The notes beneath the pieces were generated by a model. The model ran no database searches and was not told the origin of the DNA. It worked only from the letters and a program-made list of their open reading frames with translations. A stretch of DNA of 62,696 nucleotides, from the NCBI GenBank assembly GCA_046542505.1, contig JBKHBH010000002.1, positions 1 through 62,696 on the forward strand, written 5' to 3'. Below, piece after piece: positions 1-10,275 of the stretch. A program made the position numbers and the translations under genes. Source of the stretch: Thermovirgaceae bacterium. Its GTDB lineage: Bacteria > Synergistota > Synergistia > Synergistales > Thermovirgaceae. Within the stretch, counting starts at the first letter, position 1, and every line of letters starts with the position of its first letter.

Positions 1-801
1 CTTGATGAATACATCGCCTCCAAGATGAAAATTTTCACCCTCGCCCGCCAACAAAGCCAGGGAATCTGTCAAGAAGCCGATGTCCCGGCTGCGTTGAATG
101 CTACGGCATCCCGCACCCTTGAGATCTTGCCCCTGCTGAAAAACGACGCAAAAGGCACAACCGGAATGACTGACGGGATTTTTCTTTCGGAAAAAGATTG
201 TCTGCTTCGCAGAAAAGGACACCTTGTTTCCCTCTTTTCTTTCGAGGATGTCCCTCTTGTGGGGTCCCACAACATTGAAAACGCCGCGATGGCCTCGGCC
301 GCCGCGGTTCTGGCCGGCGCGCAACATGCCGGGATCCGGGAATCGATTACCGTTTTCGAGCCTCTTCCACACAGATGCGAAAAAGTTGCAGATATCAATG
401 GCATAACCTATGTAAATGATTCGAAAGGGACGAACGTAACGGCAACGTCAACAGCTCTCGACTCCATACAGGGGCCGATTGTGGTCATACTGGGCGGCAA
501 AGGGAAGGGAGAAGATTACGGCCCCCTTGCCGAAGCCGTCGCCCGTAATGCGCAAGGAGCGGTCTTGATCGGAAAAGAGAAGGACCACATTGCTTCCGCT
601 TTGCTGGCAAAGGGATATAAAAGCTTCTCCATCGCAACAACAATGGAGGAGGCCGTGGGAAAAGCCGGGGACATGGCCTCTCCGAACACGACTGTAATTC
701 TTTCACCTGCATGTACAAGCTGGGATATGTACGAAAATTACAAGGCAAGGGGAGAGCACTTCAAGCAAATCGTAAGGACCATGGGTAGGGGATCTCTATG
801 A
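1..801 (+). CDS. murD: UDP-N-acetylmuramoyl-L-alanine:D-glutamate ligase (5' truncated by window edge)
   Basis: Motifs HNIENA, PHRCE, NDSKGTN, LGGKGKG, LSPACTSWDMYENYKARG; lies upstream of ftsW. Confidence 0.95.
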   Translation, partial: LDEYIASKMKIFTLARQQSQGICQEADVPAALNATASRTLEILPLLKNDAKGTTGMTDGIFLSEKDCLLRRKGHLVSLFSFEDVPLVGSHNIENAAMASAAAVLAGAQHAGIRESITVFEPLPHRCEKVADINGITYVNDSKGTNVTATSTALDSIQGPIVVILGGKGKGEDYGPLAEAVARNAQGAVLIGKEKDHIASALLAKGYKSFSIATTMEEAVGKAGDMASPNTTVILSPACTSWDMYENYKARGEHFKQIVRTMGRGSL

Positions 802-1955
802 AACAGCCGGAAAGCAGCCCAAGTCCCGAAGACCGCACGGAACAGCAGGGACTCGGTGAAACCGGGACAGGATCTGTTTTCTTCCTATGGGTGATACCTC
901 TCCTTTTAAGCGCTTTTGGTATCGTCATGATCTCCTCGGTAACGACAAACCTGTCGGTTTCGCGATGGGACACTCCCTTCGTCTACGGGATCAGGCAGAT
1001 CAAGTGGCTTCTTCTGGGTTTTATGGCGATGGTCGCCTGCTATTGTGTCCCCATGGGACTCTGGAAAAGAGTTTCAGGGCTTGCATGGATCCTGGGTGTC
1101 ATCCTGATGATTCTGACGTTGGTCCCGGGTTTCTCCAACGCAGGAGGGGGGGCCGCGCGGTGGATCGAGATGGGTCCGATCTCCCTGCAGGCGTCGGAAG
1201 TACTCTTTCTCACCGTCATCATGCATGGGGCTAAAAAACTCCATACAGCGGACCTGTCACCGCTCCATGCCTTTTTCCAAATCCTCCTGATCTTTTTCGT
1301 TTCCTCCTGGCCATTCGCACTTCAGCCCGACTTCGGCGGCGCCATCCTTCTTTTTGCGCTCCTCATGGGGCTCTACATAGAACGTTACGGCTGGAAGTAC
1401 CCGCTTCTTTTAGGTAGCACCGTGACAATCGCGTTCTTTCTTCCGCTGCTTGTCACAAGCACCTACCGCATGGCACGAATAACGGCATTTCTTGATCCCT
1501 GGGAGGACCCCCTTGGAAACGGATTCCAAATAATCCAAGGCTTCATCGCCTTCGCAAACGGCGGCTTCATGGGTCTCGGACTCGGACAAGGCCTCCAGAA
1601 GCTGAAATACCTGCCTGCTGTACATACCGATTTTATTTTTGCCGCCATCGGCGAGGAGCTTGGCTTCATTGGAACAGCGACGATCCTTGCCATGTTTTTT
1701 CTTTGGTTTTTCGTGTTGATGCTCACATATAGGAAATTGCGAGGAACTTTCGCGGGAACGGTTTTTTGGGGAGTATCTCTTTCAATCGCCCTCACCCTTT
1801 TTATCAATCTCGGCGGTGTTATGAAGCTTATGCCCCTCACGGGAATCCCCTTGCCTTTTCTCAGCTATGGCGGAAGTGCCCTTGTCACGCTATGGGCGAG
1901 AATCGGCATTATCTTGAGGAGTGCCAGGGATGGGACCCCGGAAATTACCTCATAA
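798..1955 (+). CDS. ftsW: SEDS family peptidoglycan glycosyltransferase FtsW
   Basis: Multi-TM protein; GAARWI, QPDFG, HTDFIFA, GIPLPFLSYGGS motifs; dcw position; ATGA overlap with murD. Confidence 0.95.
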   Translation: MKQPESSPSPEDRTEQQGLGETGTGSVFFLWVIPLLLSAFGIVMISSVTTNLSVSRWDTPFVYGIRQIKWLLLGFMAMVACYCVPMGLWKRVSGLAWILGVILMILTLVPGFSNAGGGAARWIEMGPISLQASEVLFLTVIMHGAKKLHTADLSPLHAFFQILLIFFVSSWPFALQPDFGGAILLFALLMGLYIERYGWKYPLLLGSTVTIAFFLPLLVTSTYRMARITAFLDPWEDPLGNGFQIIQGFIAFANGGFMGLGLGQGLQKLKYLPAVHTDFIFAAIGEELGFIGTATILAMFFLWFFVLMLTYRKLRGTFAGTVFWGVSLSIALTLFINLGGVMKLMPLTGIPLPFLSYGGSALVTLWARIGIILRSARDGTPEITS

Positions 1956-3036
1956 GAAAGCCTGGAAAACAAGAATAGCCATTGCCGCCGGAGGAACAGG
2001 AGGACATATTGTTCCTGCCATAGCATTCGCGGAGTGGGTGAACCGTTACCGCAACAAGACGGAGGTACGTTTCTATTGCGGGTCACGCCCTCTGGAAAAA
2101 GAAATTTTCTTCTCCCGGGAAATCGTCCCGAAAGTGCTTCCTGTTGACGGCTCGCCTCTTTCAGGTACCATATGTCGCCGGGTTGTTCGTTTCTTTGGGC
2201 TTTGTGTCTCGACATTCCTTTGTCTGCTGGATTTTGTATCCTGGAGACCTGATGCCTGCCTTCTTTTTGGCGGCTACGCTTCTTTGCCGGCCCTTCTTGC
2301 CGCACGGATGCTTCGGATTCCGGTGCAAGTACACGAACAGAACGCCGTGGCAGGGAAGGTCACCCGCCTTGCTGCATCCTGGGGGGTACGGGTTTTTTCC
2401 GGATGGAACACCTGCAAGGGACTCGAGGCCGGGGCTTTTCATCATACGGGGATCCCTACGAGGTTTTTCAGGTATTTGCCCCTGGAGGACGCATGGCTTA
2501 AACTCAACTGTAAGGGGAAACCGCCGGACGGGCCGAAGGTCCTCGTCATCGGCGGATCCCTTGCAAGCAGTGCCATCAGCTCCGTAGCGCAAAAATTGGC
2601 TGAATTGCCACAATTTCGCAGTTGGGTTTTTTTTGTGCTCGGTGGAAAGCAGGCCACGAAAAGAACGGATAACGTCATTTTTGTTTCAAGAACGTGGGAC
2701 ATGAGTCCTTTATATTCTCTGGCGGACTGTGCAATTTCCAGGGGGGGAGCTTCGACACTCGCTGAACTGGCCTTGTTCGGAATCCCCTCGATTGTTGTGC
2801 CCTGGAAGGAAGCCGCCGACGATCACCAGACGGAAAACGCGAAAATTTTCGCCGACATGGGCTATGGAGACACATGGGACGACAAGGTCGACGACCTTGT
2901 CACCCTGGCGGAGCGCCTTCAGAAGTTGCCCGCCCTCGGGTCGCGGATATCGACGGATGATCTCGAGCAGGTATCATCATGTGTCGGAAAAGCCATATGG
3001 GACGGGGTATTCCCTGAAGGGAGATGTTGCCGTTGA
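1930..3036 (+). CDS. murG: Lipid II GlcNAc transferase MurG (start uncertain, 1921 or 1930)
   Basis: GGTGGH, FGGY, HEQN, SRGGASTLAE, DDHQTENA motifs. Confidence 0.93.
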   Translation: MGPRKLPHKKAWKTRIAIAAGGTGGHIVPAIAFAEWVNRYRNKTEVRFYCGSRPLEKEIFFSREIVPKVLPVDGSPLSGTICRRVVRFFGLCVSTFLCLLDFVSWRPDACLLFGGYASLPALLAARMLRIPVQVHEQNAVAGKVTRLAASWGVRVFSGWNTCKGLEAGAFHHTGIPTRFFRYLPLEDAWLKLNCKGKPPDGPKVLVIGGSLASSAISSVAQKLAELPQFRSWVFFVLGGKQATKRTDNVIFVSRTWDMSPLYSLADCAISRGGASTLAELALFGIPSIVVPWKEAADDHQTENAKIFADMGYGDTWDDKVDDLVTLAERLQKLPALGSRISTDDLEQVSSCVGKAIWDGVFPEGRCCR

Positions 3037-4475
3037 ACCAGCAGCCGGCTTATGATTTTGAAGGATTCAGAAAGATACACCTGATGGGCATCGGTGGAGC
3101 AGGAATGAGCGGTCTTGCACTCCTGCTCGGGGAGATGGGTTACGAAGTCAGTGGATGTGATGTCGCCCACAGTTATTATATAGAAAAGGTCAACAGCAAG
3201 GGTGTCCAGTTCCGCATGGGACACAGTCGTGAACATCTCGACGAATTCCATCCGGATGCATTGGTCTGCAGCAGCGCAATCCCTTCGGGGAACGCAGAGA
3301 TTCTCTATGCTAGAGAAACAGGCGTACCTGTATTCAAGCGCGCCGAGGTTTTGAGCTGGCTTTTTAACCGACGAATCGGAATCGGCATTTCCGGTACTCA
3401 CGGCAAGACAACCACGGCTTCCATGGTCGGCCTTATCTTTGAACATGCAGGGCTGGAGCCGACTGTAGCCATCGGCGGCGAACTCTGTGATATCGGAGGA
3501 AACGCAAAACTGGGGAAGGGTCGCCATATGATAGCGGAACTTGACGAAAGCGACGGTTCCTTCGAGCTCTTCAATTCCCACATTGCAGTCGTGACCAATG
3601 CAGACTGGGATCATGTCGATTACTACCCTTCGCTCCGCTCGGTTCTTGATGCCTACGGCCGCTTCCTGGACAACAGAATTGGTGAAGGCAAGGCCATCCT
3701 CTGTGGTGAGGACAAAGGGCTTGCCAACCTCCTCGAAAAGGGTATCAGCGGTGACATCATTACCTATGGGTGGGGAAGCGCATGGGACTGGGGCGCCCAT
3801 GAAGTGGTTCACAAAAGCGGCGGGGGTGTCACCTTCAAGGTTCTTCACCAGGGTCGTGAAGCAGGGTCTTTGGCGCTACAGGTCTCAGGAGATCATAATG
3901 TTCTCAACGCCCTGGCCGCATGTGCCGTGGCGTCCAGTTACTCTATTCCCTTCAACACCATCGCCGAGGCTCTCAAGACCTTCAGAGGAGCAAAACGTCG
4001 TCTGCAGCACATGGGGAGAATTTCGAACATCGATTTCTTCGACGATTACGGACATCATCCGAAAGAAGTCTCCGCCACCCTGACAGCCCTCAGGAAGATG
4101 TTCCCCGACAGAAGACTCATGGCCGTCTTCCAGCCACACCGTTTTACCAGGACCGCGGCAATGTACCGTGAGTTCGCCGATGTTCTGACCCTTGCCGACG
4201 AAATCTTTCTCATGCCCATCTACCCGGCTGATGAAATGCCGATTGAGGGGATCGATTCAAACCTGATCGGTGATCTCGTAAACCAGAGAGGAAACCGGAC
4301 ATTCCAGCTTTGTTCCGGTTCGGACGACGTTGTGGCCAAGATTTGCCACTTCATCCAGGACGGTGATGTCGTTACGACCATAGGCGCAGGAGATGTCTTC
4401 ATGGTCGGGGAAAAAGTGATCCAGCGCTTGCAGAAAACCGGTTTGCCGAACAATGCAGTGGCTCTCGAAACTTGA
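3024..4475 (+). CDS. murC: UDP-N-acetylmuramate:L-alanine ligase
   Basis: GIGGAGMSGLA, GTHGKTTT, ELDESDGSF, DDYGHHP, FQPHRFTRT motifs. Confidence 0.96.
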   Translation: MLPLNQQPAYDFEGFRKIHLMGIGGAGMSGLALLLGEMGYEVSGCDVAHSYYIEKVNSKGVQFRMGHSREHLDEFHPDALVCSSAIPSGNAEILYARETGVPVFKRAEVLSWLFNRRIGIGISGTHGKTTTASMVGLIFEHAGLEPTVAIGGELCDIGGNAKLGKGRHMIAELDESDGSFELFNSHIAVVTNADWDHVDYYPSLRSVLDAYGRFLDNRIGEGKAILCGEDKGLANLLEKGISGDIITYGWGSAWDWGAHEVVHKSGGGVTFKVLHQGREAGSLALQVSGDHNVLNALAACAVASSYSIPFNTIAEALKTFRGAKRRLQHMGRISNIDFFDDYGHHPKEVSATLTALRKMFPDRRLMAVFQPHRFTRTAAMYREFADVLTLADEIFLMPIYPADEMPIEGIDSNLIGDLVNQRGNRTFQLCSGSDDVVAKICHFIQDGDVVTTIGAGDVFMVGEKVIQRLQKTGLPNNAVALET

Positions 4476-5376
4476 AAAAATATTTCAATCCCGGCTGCAA
4501 CATGATGTACCCCTGGCGAAAAAGACGTCCCTCGGCGTAGGAGGGCCCGCACAAACCTATCTTGAAGCCCAAAGCCGAAATGATCTCATAAGGGCGGGTA
4601 CTTTCGCTTTTGAAGAGGAGGTTCCACTGTGGATCATCGGCGGGGGTACCAATATCCTTGTACACGATGACGGGCTCAAGGGAATCGTCCTTTCAACGTC
4701 GGGCCTGGCCGGGTTAAAGTGGCAATCTTCCGCAGGAAGTGTATGGGTTACCGCCGATAGCGGAGTCCCGCTTTCCAGGATCGTCCATCTTTCCGGTCAA
4801 ATGGGGTGGACAGGTTTGGAATTTGCCGCGGGCATACCTGGAACGGTAGGGGGAGCCCTTGCAGGAAATGCGGGCACCGAAGGAAAGGGGCTTTGTGAGC
4901 TTCTCGAATGGGCCCAGACAACAGGAATCGGAGGCAGTTCCCGGATTTGGCAAAAAAGCGAACTCTCTTTCTCCTACAGGAGATCCTGCCTTTCGGACCA
5001 AAAAACCATGATATTGAACTGCTGCCTGAAACTCAGGCAGTCAACGGCGGAAAACGTCCAGTCAACCCTGGAGTATTTCCGACAAAAAAGGAAGATGCAA
5101 CCCCGTACGAAGAAAACAGCTGGATGCGTTTTCAAGAATTCCGATACGGGAATCAGCGCCGGGAAACTCCTGGACCTTGCAGGATGCAAAGATTTGCGTT
5201 TCGGCGGAGCGAAGGTTTCAAAGATTCATGCAAACTTCCTCGAAGTTGAAAAAAACGCCAGAGCGCGGGACATCTACACTCTCATCGCTGAATGCAGGCG
5301 CAGGGTGTACAAGGAATTCGGAGTCTGGCTTGAACTGGAAATCAGGCTTTTCGGTGGACCGTGGAGAAAATGGTAA
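4453..5376 (+). CDS. murB: UDP-N-acetylenolpyruvoylglucosamine reductase
   Basis: GGGTNIL, GLEFAAGIPGTVGGA, FSYRRS, AGCVFKN, HANF, LELEI motifs. Confidence 0.95.
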   Translation: MQWLSKLEKIFQSRLQHDVPLAKKTSLGVGGPAQTYLEAQSRNDLIRAGTFAFEEEVPLWIIGGGTNILVHDDGLKGIVLSTSGLAGLKWQSSAGSVWVTADSGVPLSRIVHLSGQMGWTGLEFAAGIPGTVGGALAGNAGTEGKGLCELLEWAQTTGIGGSSRIWQKSELSFSYRRSCLSDQKTMILNCCLKLRQSTAENVQSTLEYFRQKRKMQPRTKKTAGCVFKNSDTGISAGKLLDLAGCKDLRFGGAKVSKIHANFLEVEKNARARDIYTLIAECRRRVYKEFGVWLELEIRLFGGPWRKW

Positions 5377-6164
5377 GAAAATGGCTAATCCTCCTGCTTT
5401 TCGCTGCCTTTGCCGCGGGCGGCCTTTATCAATTCGAAGAACGATTCCAGTTTTTCAGACTGCGCAGTCTTGAGATCCAACCTCCGGCGATTCTTTCCAA
5501 CTCTATGGTATGGTACCGTATTTCCCAACCGGTCAAACGATTCTGGCCACTTCTTTTCTTCCAACGGCAAGAGCTGCTGAAAACCCTTGAAGATCAGGTC
5601 CCAGTAAAGGCATCACTCGGTCTTTCCGGATGGGGCGATTTCAGGTTGAAAATCACTCCGCTCGCCCCTTGGTTCATGGTATTCTGGAAAGGTACTGAAT
5701 GGTATCTTTCAACCGATGGACGAATGTGGTCTGTTCATCACAGTATGAATAATGTCATTCTCCAACAGGAACCGCGTGAGGGGCCTATTCTCATCTGGAC
5801 GGAAACCATGTATGATCTCATATCAGTATCGACGCGCAGGATACCCGTTGACAGGGTCATGACATCACAGGCTCCGATCAGAAAATTGAGTTCCTGGAAG
5901 GAAAAACTGGAGGAACTCGGGTTTTATGGCCGGCTTGACTCCATAGCAGTCCTGCGGAAGGACGGAGAACAATTCCTGGAACTGCTTCTCAGGAGGTCTC
6001 CACGTACGGTACGAGTACTGGTTCCAGCTTTATCTGAGGAATGGGGACATCTTTTGACGGCCGTTGATGAGATTCTCGATCAAACCAGCGCCGTTGACAG
6101 GGATTTGTACATTGACGCAACCTACTCCGGGAAAATTCTTGTAAGAACCGATCCCGGACAATGA
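5370..6164 (+). CDS. Divergent FtsQ/DivIB-like cell division protein
   Basis: Single N-terminal TM helix; C-terminal YIDATY resembles the FtsQ 'YIDxR' strand; sits between murB and ftsA. Confidence 0.6.
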   Translation: MVRKWLILLLFAAFAAGGLYQFEERFQFFRLRSLEIQPPAILSNSMVWYRISQPVKRFWPLLFFQRQELLKTLEDQVPVKASLGLSGWGDFRLKITPLAPWFMVFWKGTEWYLSTDGRMWSVHHSMNNVILQQEPREGPILIWTETMYDLISVSTRRIPVDRVMTSQAPIRKLSSWKEKLEELGFYGRLDSIAVLRKDGEQFLELLLRRSPRTVRVLVPALSEEWGHLLTAVDEILDQTSAVDRDLYIDATYSGKILVRTDPGQ

Positions 6165-6207
6165 GAGAAACCTTGATTCTGATTCCTCTGTTCGAGGAGG
6201 GGAAGGA

Positions 6208-7545
6208 ATGGAAAAGAAACCGAAAGACCCAGAGCTTTTCGCAGGTCTTGATATAGGGACAAAGAAAACCGCCATACTCGTTGCGGAGAAGACATCCCAG
6301 AGGAACGAAAGGCATATCATTGGTGTTGGAAAGGCACGGACGAGGGGCATCAAAAAAGGGAAGATCCTTGAACCGGAAGCCGTCATCGAGTCAATTCGAA
6401 ACGCCCTCGACGACGTTGAGGAAATGATCGGCCTTCATGTTGGAAGCGCCTACCTGACCACGGGGACACACCCCTTGCGAGCTTTCCGGTGTGAGGGGGC
6501 GCTCGAGCTTGGCGAAAGCCAGGACACCATCACGGTAACGGACGTCCGCAAGGTGATCCAGGCAGCCATTGCCGCGGCGAATCCCGTGGAAGGAGATACG
6601 ATCCTGCACGCCTTCCCCCTCGATTACAGGATTGACGGGGAAATTAAAACAGCGGACCCGGTGGGCGAAAAAGGCTCTCATCTCAAAGTCAGGGTGTTGT
6701 GCCTCAGCGTTCCCGAGTCGGATATCCGCCTTGCCGTTCAATGTGCTGAAAAAGCGGGACTTCATATTATGGGAGTCGTCCACAAGACCATAGCTTCTGC
6801 TTTCGGCGCCTTTCAGGAGGAAGATTTAGAAAAGGGCGCCCTGGCGGTGGACTCGGGGGGCGGAACGACGTCCTTCACGCTCGTTCATGAAGGGAAGCCT
6901 TTCCATGCTGGAATTTTCCCAATCGGAGGAGATCACATCACGAACGATCTCACCTACATTCTCAAGCTTCCGCCCTCCAAAGCGGAAATGCTGAAACGTC
7001 TGATTGCCGTTAATGAACCGGAGGAAAACTGGGACGACGAACTCGAATTCGACATAAGGGGTGAACCCTATGTATGTACCGTAGGTGAAATCCTTGATGT
7101 GGAACGGCCGAGAATAGCCGAATTGTGGCTTGATCTTGTCAGGGCTGAAATCGAAAGATACATTCCCGGGAAGATGCCATTGCGGGTCGTTCTCTCCGGC
7201 GGTGTCGGAAAGACTCAGGGGATGTTTGAATACCTGGGGGAGCTTCTCGATACTCCCGTCCGGCCGGGCAAACCGGTGGCATCCGAAGCCATGCCGCCCG
7301 ATCGCAACGGCATTGAGTTCACGACAGTGGCCGGAATATTGCAGTATGTGCAAATGAAGGAAAAGTTCCCGTACAGGTTTATAGACCCGCAGGGAAAAGA
7401 CGGCGTGCCCAAGCCTCCGGACAGGGATTTTTTCCAGTCACAAACTGCCCGGAGAATCAAGAAAATCAGAAGCAACAGGGACTATATGGCTCCCGTGAAA
7501 AACCTTGTCGACGCATTCAAGAAAACTTTGAAAGAACTGTTTTAA
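6208..7545 (+). CDS. ftsA: Cell division protein FtsA
   Basis: GLDIGT, GGGTT, GGDHITNDL, LSGG actin-like motifs; C-terminal amphipathic helix ending LKELF. Confidence 0.93.
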   Translation: MEKKPKDPELFAGLDIGTKKTAILVAEKTSQRNERHIIGVGKARTRGIKKGKILEPEAVIESIRNALDDVEEMIGLHVGSAYLTTGTHPLRAFRCEGALELGESQDTITVTDVRKVIQAAIAAANPVEGDTILHAFPLDYRIDGEIKTADPVGEKGSHLKVRVLCLSVPESDIRLAVQCAEKAGLHIMGVVHKTIASAFGAFQEEDLEKGALAVDSGGGTTSFTLVHEGKPFHAGIFPIGGDHITNDLTYILKLPPSKAEMLKRLIAVNEPEENWDDELEFDIRGEPYVCTVGEILDVERPRIAELWLDLVRAEIERYIPGKMPLRVVLSGGVGKTQGMFEYLGELLDTPVRPGKPVASEAMPPDRNGIEFTTVAGILQYVQMKEKFPYRFIDPQGKDGVPKPPDRDFFQSQTARRIKKIRSNRDYMAPVKNLVDAFKKTLKELF

Positions 7546-7565
7546 CAGGCCGGGGGGAATGAGAC

Positions 7566-8705
7566 GTGGCGGAGATGTTTGAAATAGACGGAGCCCAGAG
7601 ACAATTCCACGAAATCATCAAGGTTGTAGGCGTTGGAGGCGGGGGAGGCAATGCGCTGAACCACATCGTCAGAAGCGGCGTCCGAGGTGTCGAGTTTATA
7701 GCGGCCAACACGGATATCGCCCATCTGAGCCTCTCGGAAGCCGACCTGAAAATTGTTCTCGGCAGGGAATTGACGAAAGGCCTTGGTGCGGGGGCAGATC
7801 CCGAGATCGGTCTACGGGCGGCTGAAGAATCGATCGACGAACTGCGGGAGATCCTGAACGGCGCCGATATGATCTTCCTTACGGCGGGAATGGGCGGAGG
7901 AACAGGAACGGGAGCATCACCCGTCATCGCCGAAGCCGCCAAGGAAACTGACGCTCTTGTCGTCGCGGTGGCAACCCGGCCCTTTTCTTTTGAAGGGAAG
8001 CGGAGAATTGCACAGGCAGAAGAAGGCATCGCCCACCTGAAAGAGAAAGTCGATGCGCTCATCATCATACCGAACGACAAGCTTCTGGAGATCACAGACA
8101 GGCGAACCACCCTGTCCGATGCGTTCAGACTGGCCGATGAAGTTCTGCGACAGGCCGTTCAGGGAGTCACCGACCTTATCCTTCGCCCGGGAATGGTCAA
8201 CGTCGATTTCGCGGATGTCAGAACGGTCATGCAGAATTCCGGGACAGCCATCATGGGAATCGGCGAGGGAGATGGAGATGATAGAGCCATCATCGCCGCA
8301 CAGTCCGCCATCAACAGCCCGCTCATGGATTCACCCATCGGCGGAGCCCAGGGGATCCTCTTCAATGTCACGGGAGGCCCCAACCTCGGCATTCATGAAA
8401 TTCAGGAAGCGGCCAATGTCATTACGGAAGCGGCTGACCCTGAAGCGACCATTATATGGGGACACGTCATGGACTCGGACATGGACGAGGACAAGATACA
8501 GATCACGGTAATCGCCACTGGCTTTCCTACCGATGGTGCCAGTAAAAGACCCCGGAGGAAAAAGAACGGGACTCCCGTCCGCCTTGAGTTGACGGAAACG
8601 GATGTCAGGATGGCGGGAGAGGAGCAGGTTTTGAACCTGAGCGACCTTCCCGAGGACGATATCGACATTCCCTCAGTGCTCCGTCGAAGAAAGGATCAGG
8701 AATGA
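7566..8705 (+). CDS. ftsZ: Cell division protein FtsZ
   Basis: GVGGGGGNA, GMGGGTGTG tubulin signature, NVDFADV, C-terminal DIPSVLR peptide. Confidence 0.98.
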   Translation: MAEMFEIDGAQRQFHEIIKVVGVGGGGGNALNHIVRSGVRGVEFIAANTDIAHLSLSEADLKIVLGRELTKGLGAGADPEIGLRAAEESIDELREILNGADMIFLTAGMGGGTGTGASPVIAEAAKETDALVVAVATRPFSFEGKRRIAQAEEGIAHLKEKVDALIIIPNDKLLEITDRRTTLSDAFRLADEVLRQAVQGVTDLILRPGMVNVDFADVRTVMQNSGTAIMGIGEGDGDDRAIIAAQSAINSPLMDSPIGGAQGILFNVTGGPNLGIHEIQEAANVITEAADPEATIIWGHVMDSDMDEDKIQITVIATGFPTDGASKRPRRKKNGTPVRLELTETDVRMAGEEQVLNLSDLPEDDIDIPSVLRRRKDQE

Positions 8706-8754
8706 CGAAAGAAGAATCCACCTGAATGGGTTTCGAAAGCGGGGAAGGTTTTCA

Positions 8755-10263
8755 ATGTCGTCCAGAGTCTCCTGGGAGGATTTCCGTAAGCGTGAACGCC
8801 TTGTAGGCCCGCTGCCCTCCGGAGGGGATCCGCTCTGGGCGTTGGCCTTCCCACAGGGTTATGATGTCGGCATGGCGAATCTCGGCATGCACTCCGTGTA
8901 CAGGGCATTGCGAGAACGCGGTGTGGCGGTGGAACGTTTTTTTCGACACCCCTTTCCCGAGATTTCCGTAGAATCAGACCGTCCAGCCAGAGATTTCCGG
9001 CTGTTGACGGCATCCGTGGCCTATGAACCGGACATGCTGACCCTTTTGGACATGCTGAAACAATGGGGGATTCCACGAACCTGGCGACAACGTCTTGACT
9101 GGGATGGTCCATTGCTCGGAGTCGGGGGGGGCATTTCGTATATTAACCCTCTCGGCCTGTCTCGATATGCGGATTTTATCGCCCTTGGGGATGGAGAAGA
9201 GCTTTATGATCACCTCGTTGACTCGGTGCGGATTTACTTCCAAGCGCATGGAAACAGGCGGCGTTTCTGGGAATCTTTATCGGAAAGCCCCTATTTCCTT
9301 GTCCCACCGATCCATCTCGAACCATTGCTTCAGGGAAAGGGGATTCACCGAGTCAAATCCATATGCAATGACATGGCGAAAGTTGACGGGAAAAGTACCT
9401 GGATAACGCCGCGGAGCGTATTTCCCGAGACTTTTCTCATCGAGACACAAAGGGGATGTTGCAGGAATTGCCGGTTCTGCACCATCCCTGGCTGTTTCGG
9501 ACATCCCAGGATGCGTCCTGTTGAAAACGTCCTTAAGGACATAGCACTGGCGGAGGAAACAGGCGCTTCCCGAATCGGAATCATCGCCCCCGAATCCGGG
9601 GATTACCCGTGGATTGAAAAGGTGCTCGGAAAAATCCAAAAGGACAAATGTTCCGTCTCGTTTGCGTCATTGAGGATAGATTCCCTTTCGGACAAAATAC
9701 TTTCGGTTCTTGCCGAAAGCGGCCAGCGTACGCTGACCGTCGCGCCGGAAACGGGAGATGACGAACTCAGGAAAAGCTGCGGAAAGGACTTTACCCGTGA
9801 GGACATCATAAAAAAGCTTCTACGCGCAAAGGAAAAGGGTATGCAGAAAGTGAAAATGTATTTTATGATCGGCTTGCCCCGGGAGGCGGAGAAGCATATT
9901 CTTGAAACGGCCAGACTCATACATCTGATACGAAAGGAAACAGCCCTAAAAACGGTGGCTTCCCTGAGCGTATTTGTGCCAAAGCCACAGACGGCCTGGT
10001 GGAATGAAGAATTTGCACCCTCAAGTGACATCAGGGCCAAAACCAGTATCCTGAGAGAGTATCTTTCAAAATCGGGAGCGCAGGGCATAGCGCTTCGACT
10101 TCCAAGTTACCGCGAAGCAGCCAGGGAATACCGCCTTGCCTGGAGCCAGGCCGACACAGACCTGGGAGCATTTCAGGACAATACTGGATGGAACGATATA
10201 GCCCGCGTTGCGGGACAGCTGGAACTGGTAGGATCGCAATGTGATCCTTCGGAAAGAAGGTAA
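8755..10263 (+). CDS. Uncharacterised radical SAM protein with B12-binding-like N-terminal domain
   Basis: RGCCRNCRFC (CxxxCxxC); N-terminal YDVGMANLG; APETG and KMYFMIGLP motifs. Confidence 0.85.
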   Translation: MSSRVSWEDFRKRERLVGPLPSGGDPLWALAFPQGYDVGMANLGMHSVYRALRERGVAVERFFRHPFPEISVESDRPARDFRLLTASVAYEPDMLTLLDMLKQWGIPRTWRQRLDWDGPLLGVGGGISYINPLGLSRYADFIALGDGEELYDHLVDSVRIYFQAHGNRRRFWESLSESPYFLVPPIHLEPLLQGKGIHRVKSICNDMAKVDGKSTWITPRSVFPETFLIETQRGCCRNCRFCTIPGCFGHPRMRPVENVLKDIALAEETGASRIGIIAPESGDYPWIEKVLGKIQKDKCSVSFASLRIDSLSDKILSVLAESGQRTLTVAPETGDDELRKSCGKDFTREDIIKKLLRAKEKGMQKVKMYFMIGLPREAEKHILETARLIHLIRKETALKTVASLSVFVPKPQTAWWNEEFAPSSDIRAKTSILREYLSKSGAQGIALRLPSYREAAREYRLAWSQADTDLGAFQDNTGWNDIARVAGQLELVGSQCDPSERR

Positions 10264-10275
10264 AGGGGTGTGAAT

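Noticed and set aside
2919..3848. 309-aa - strand ORF
   Set aside because: Antisense shadow of murC.
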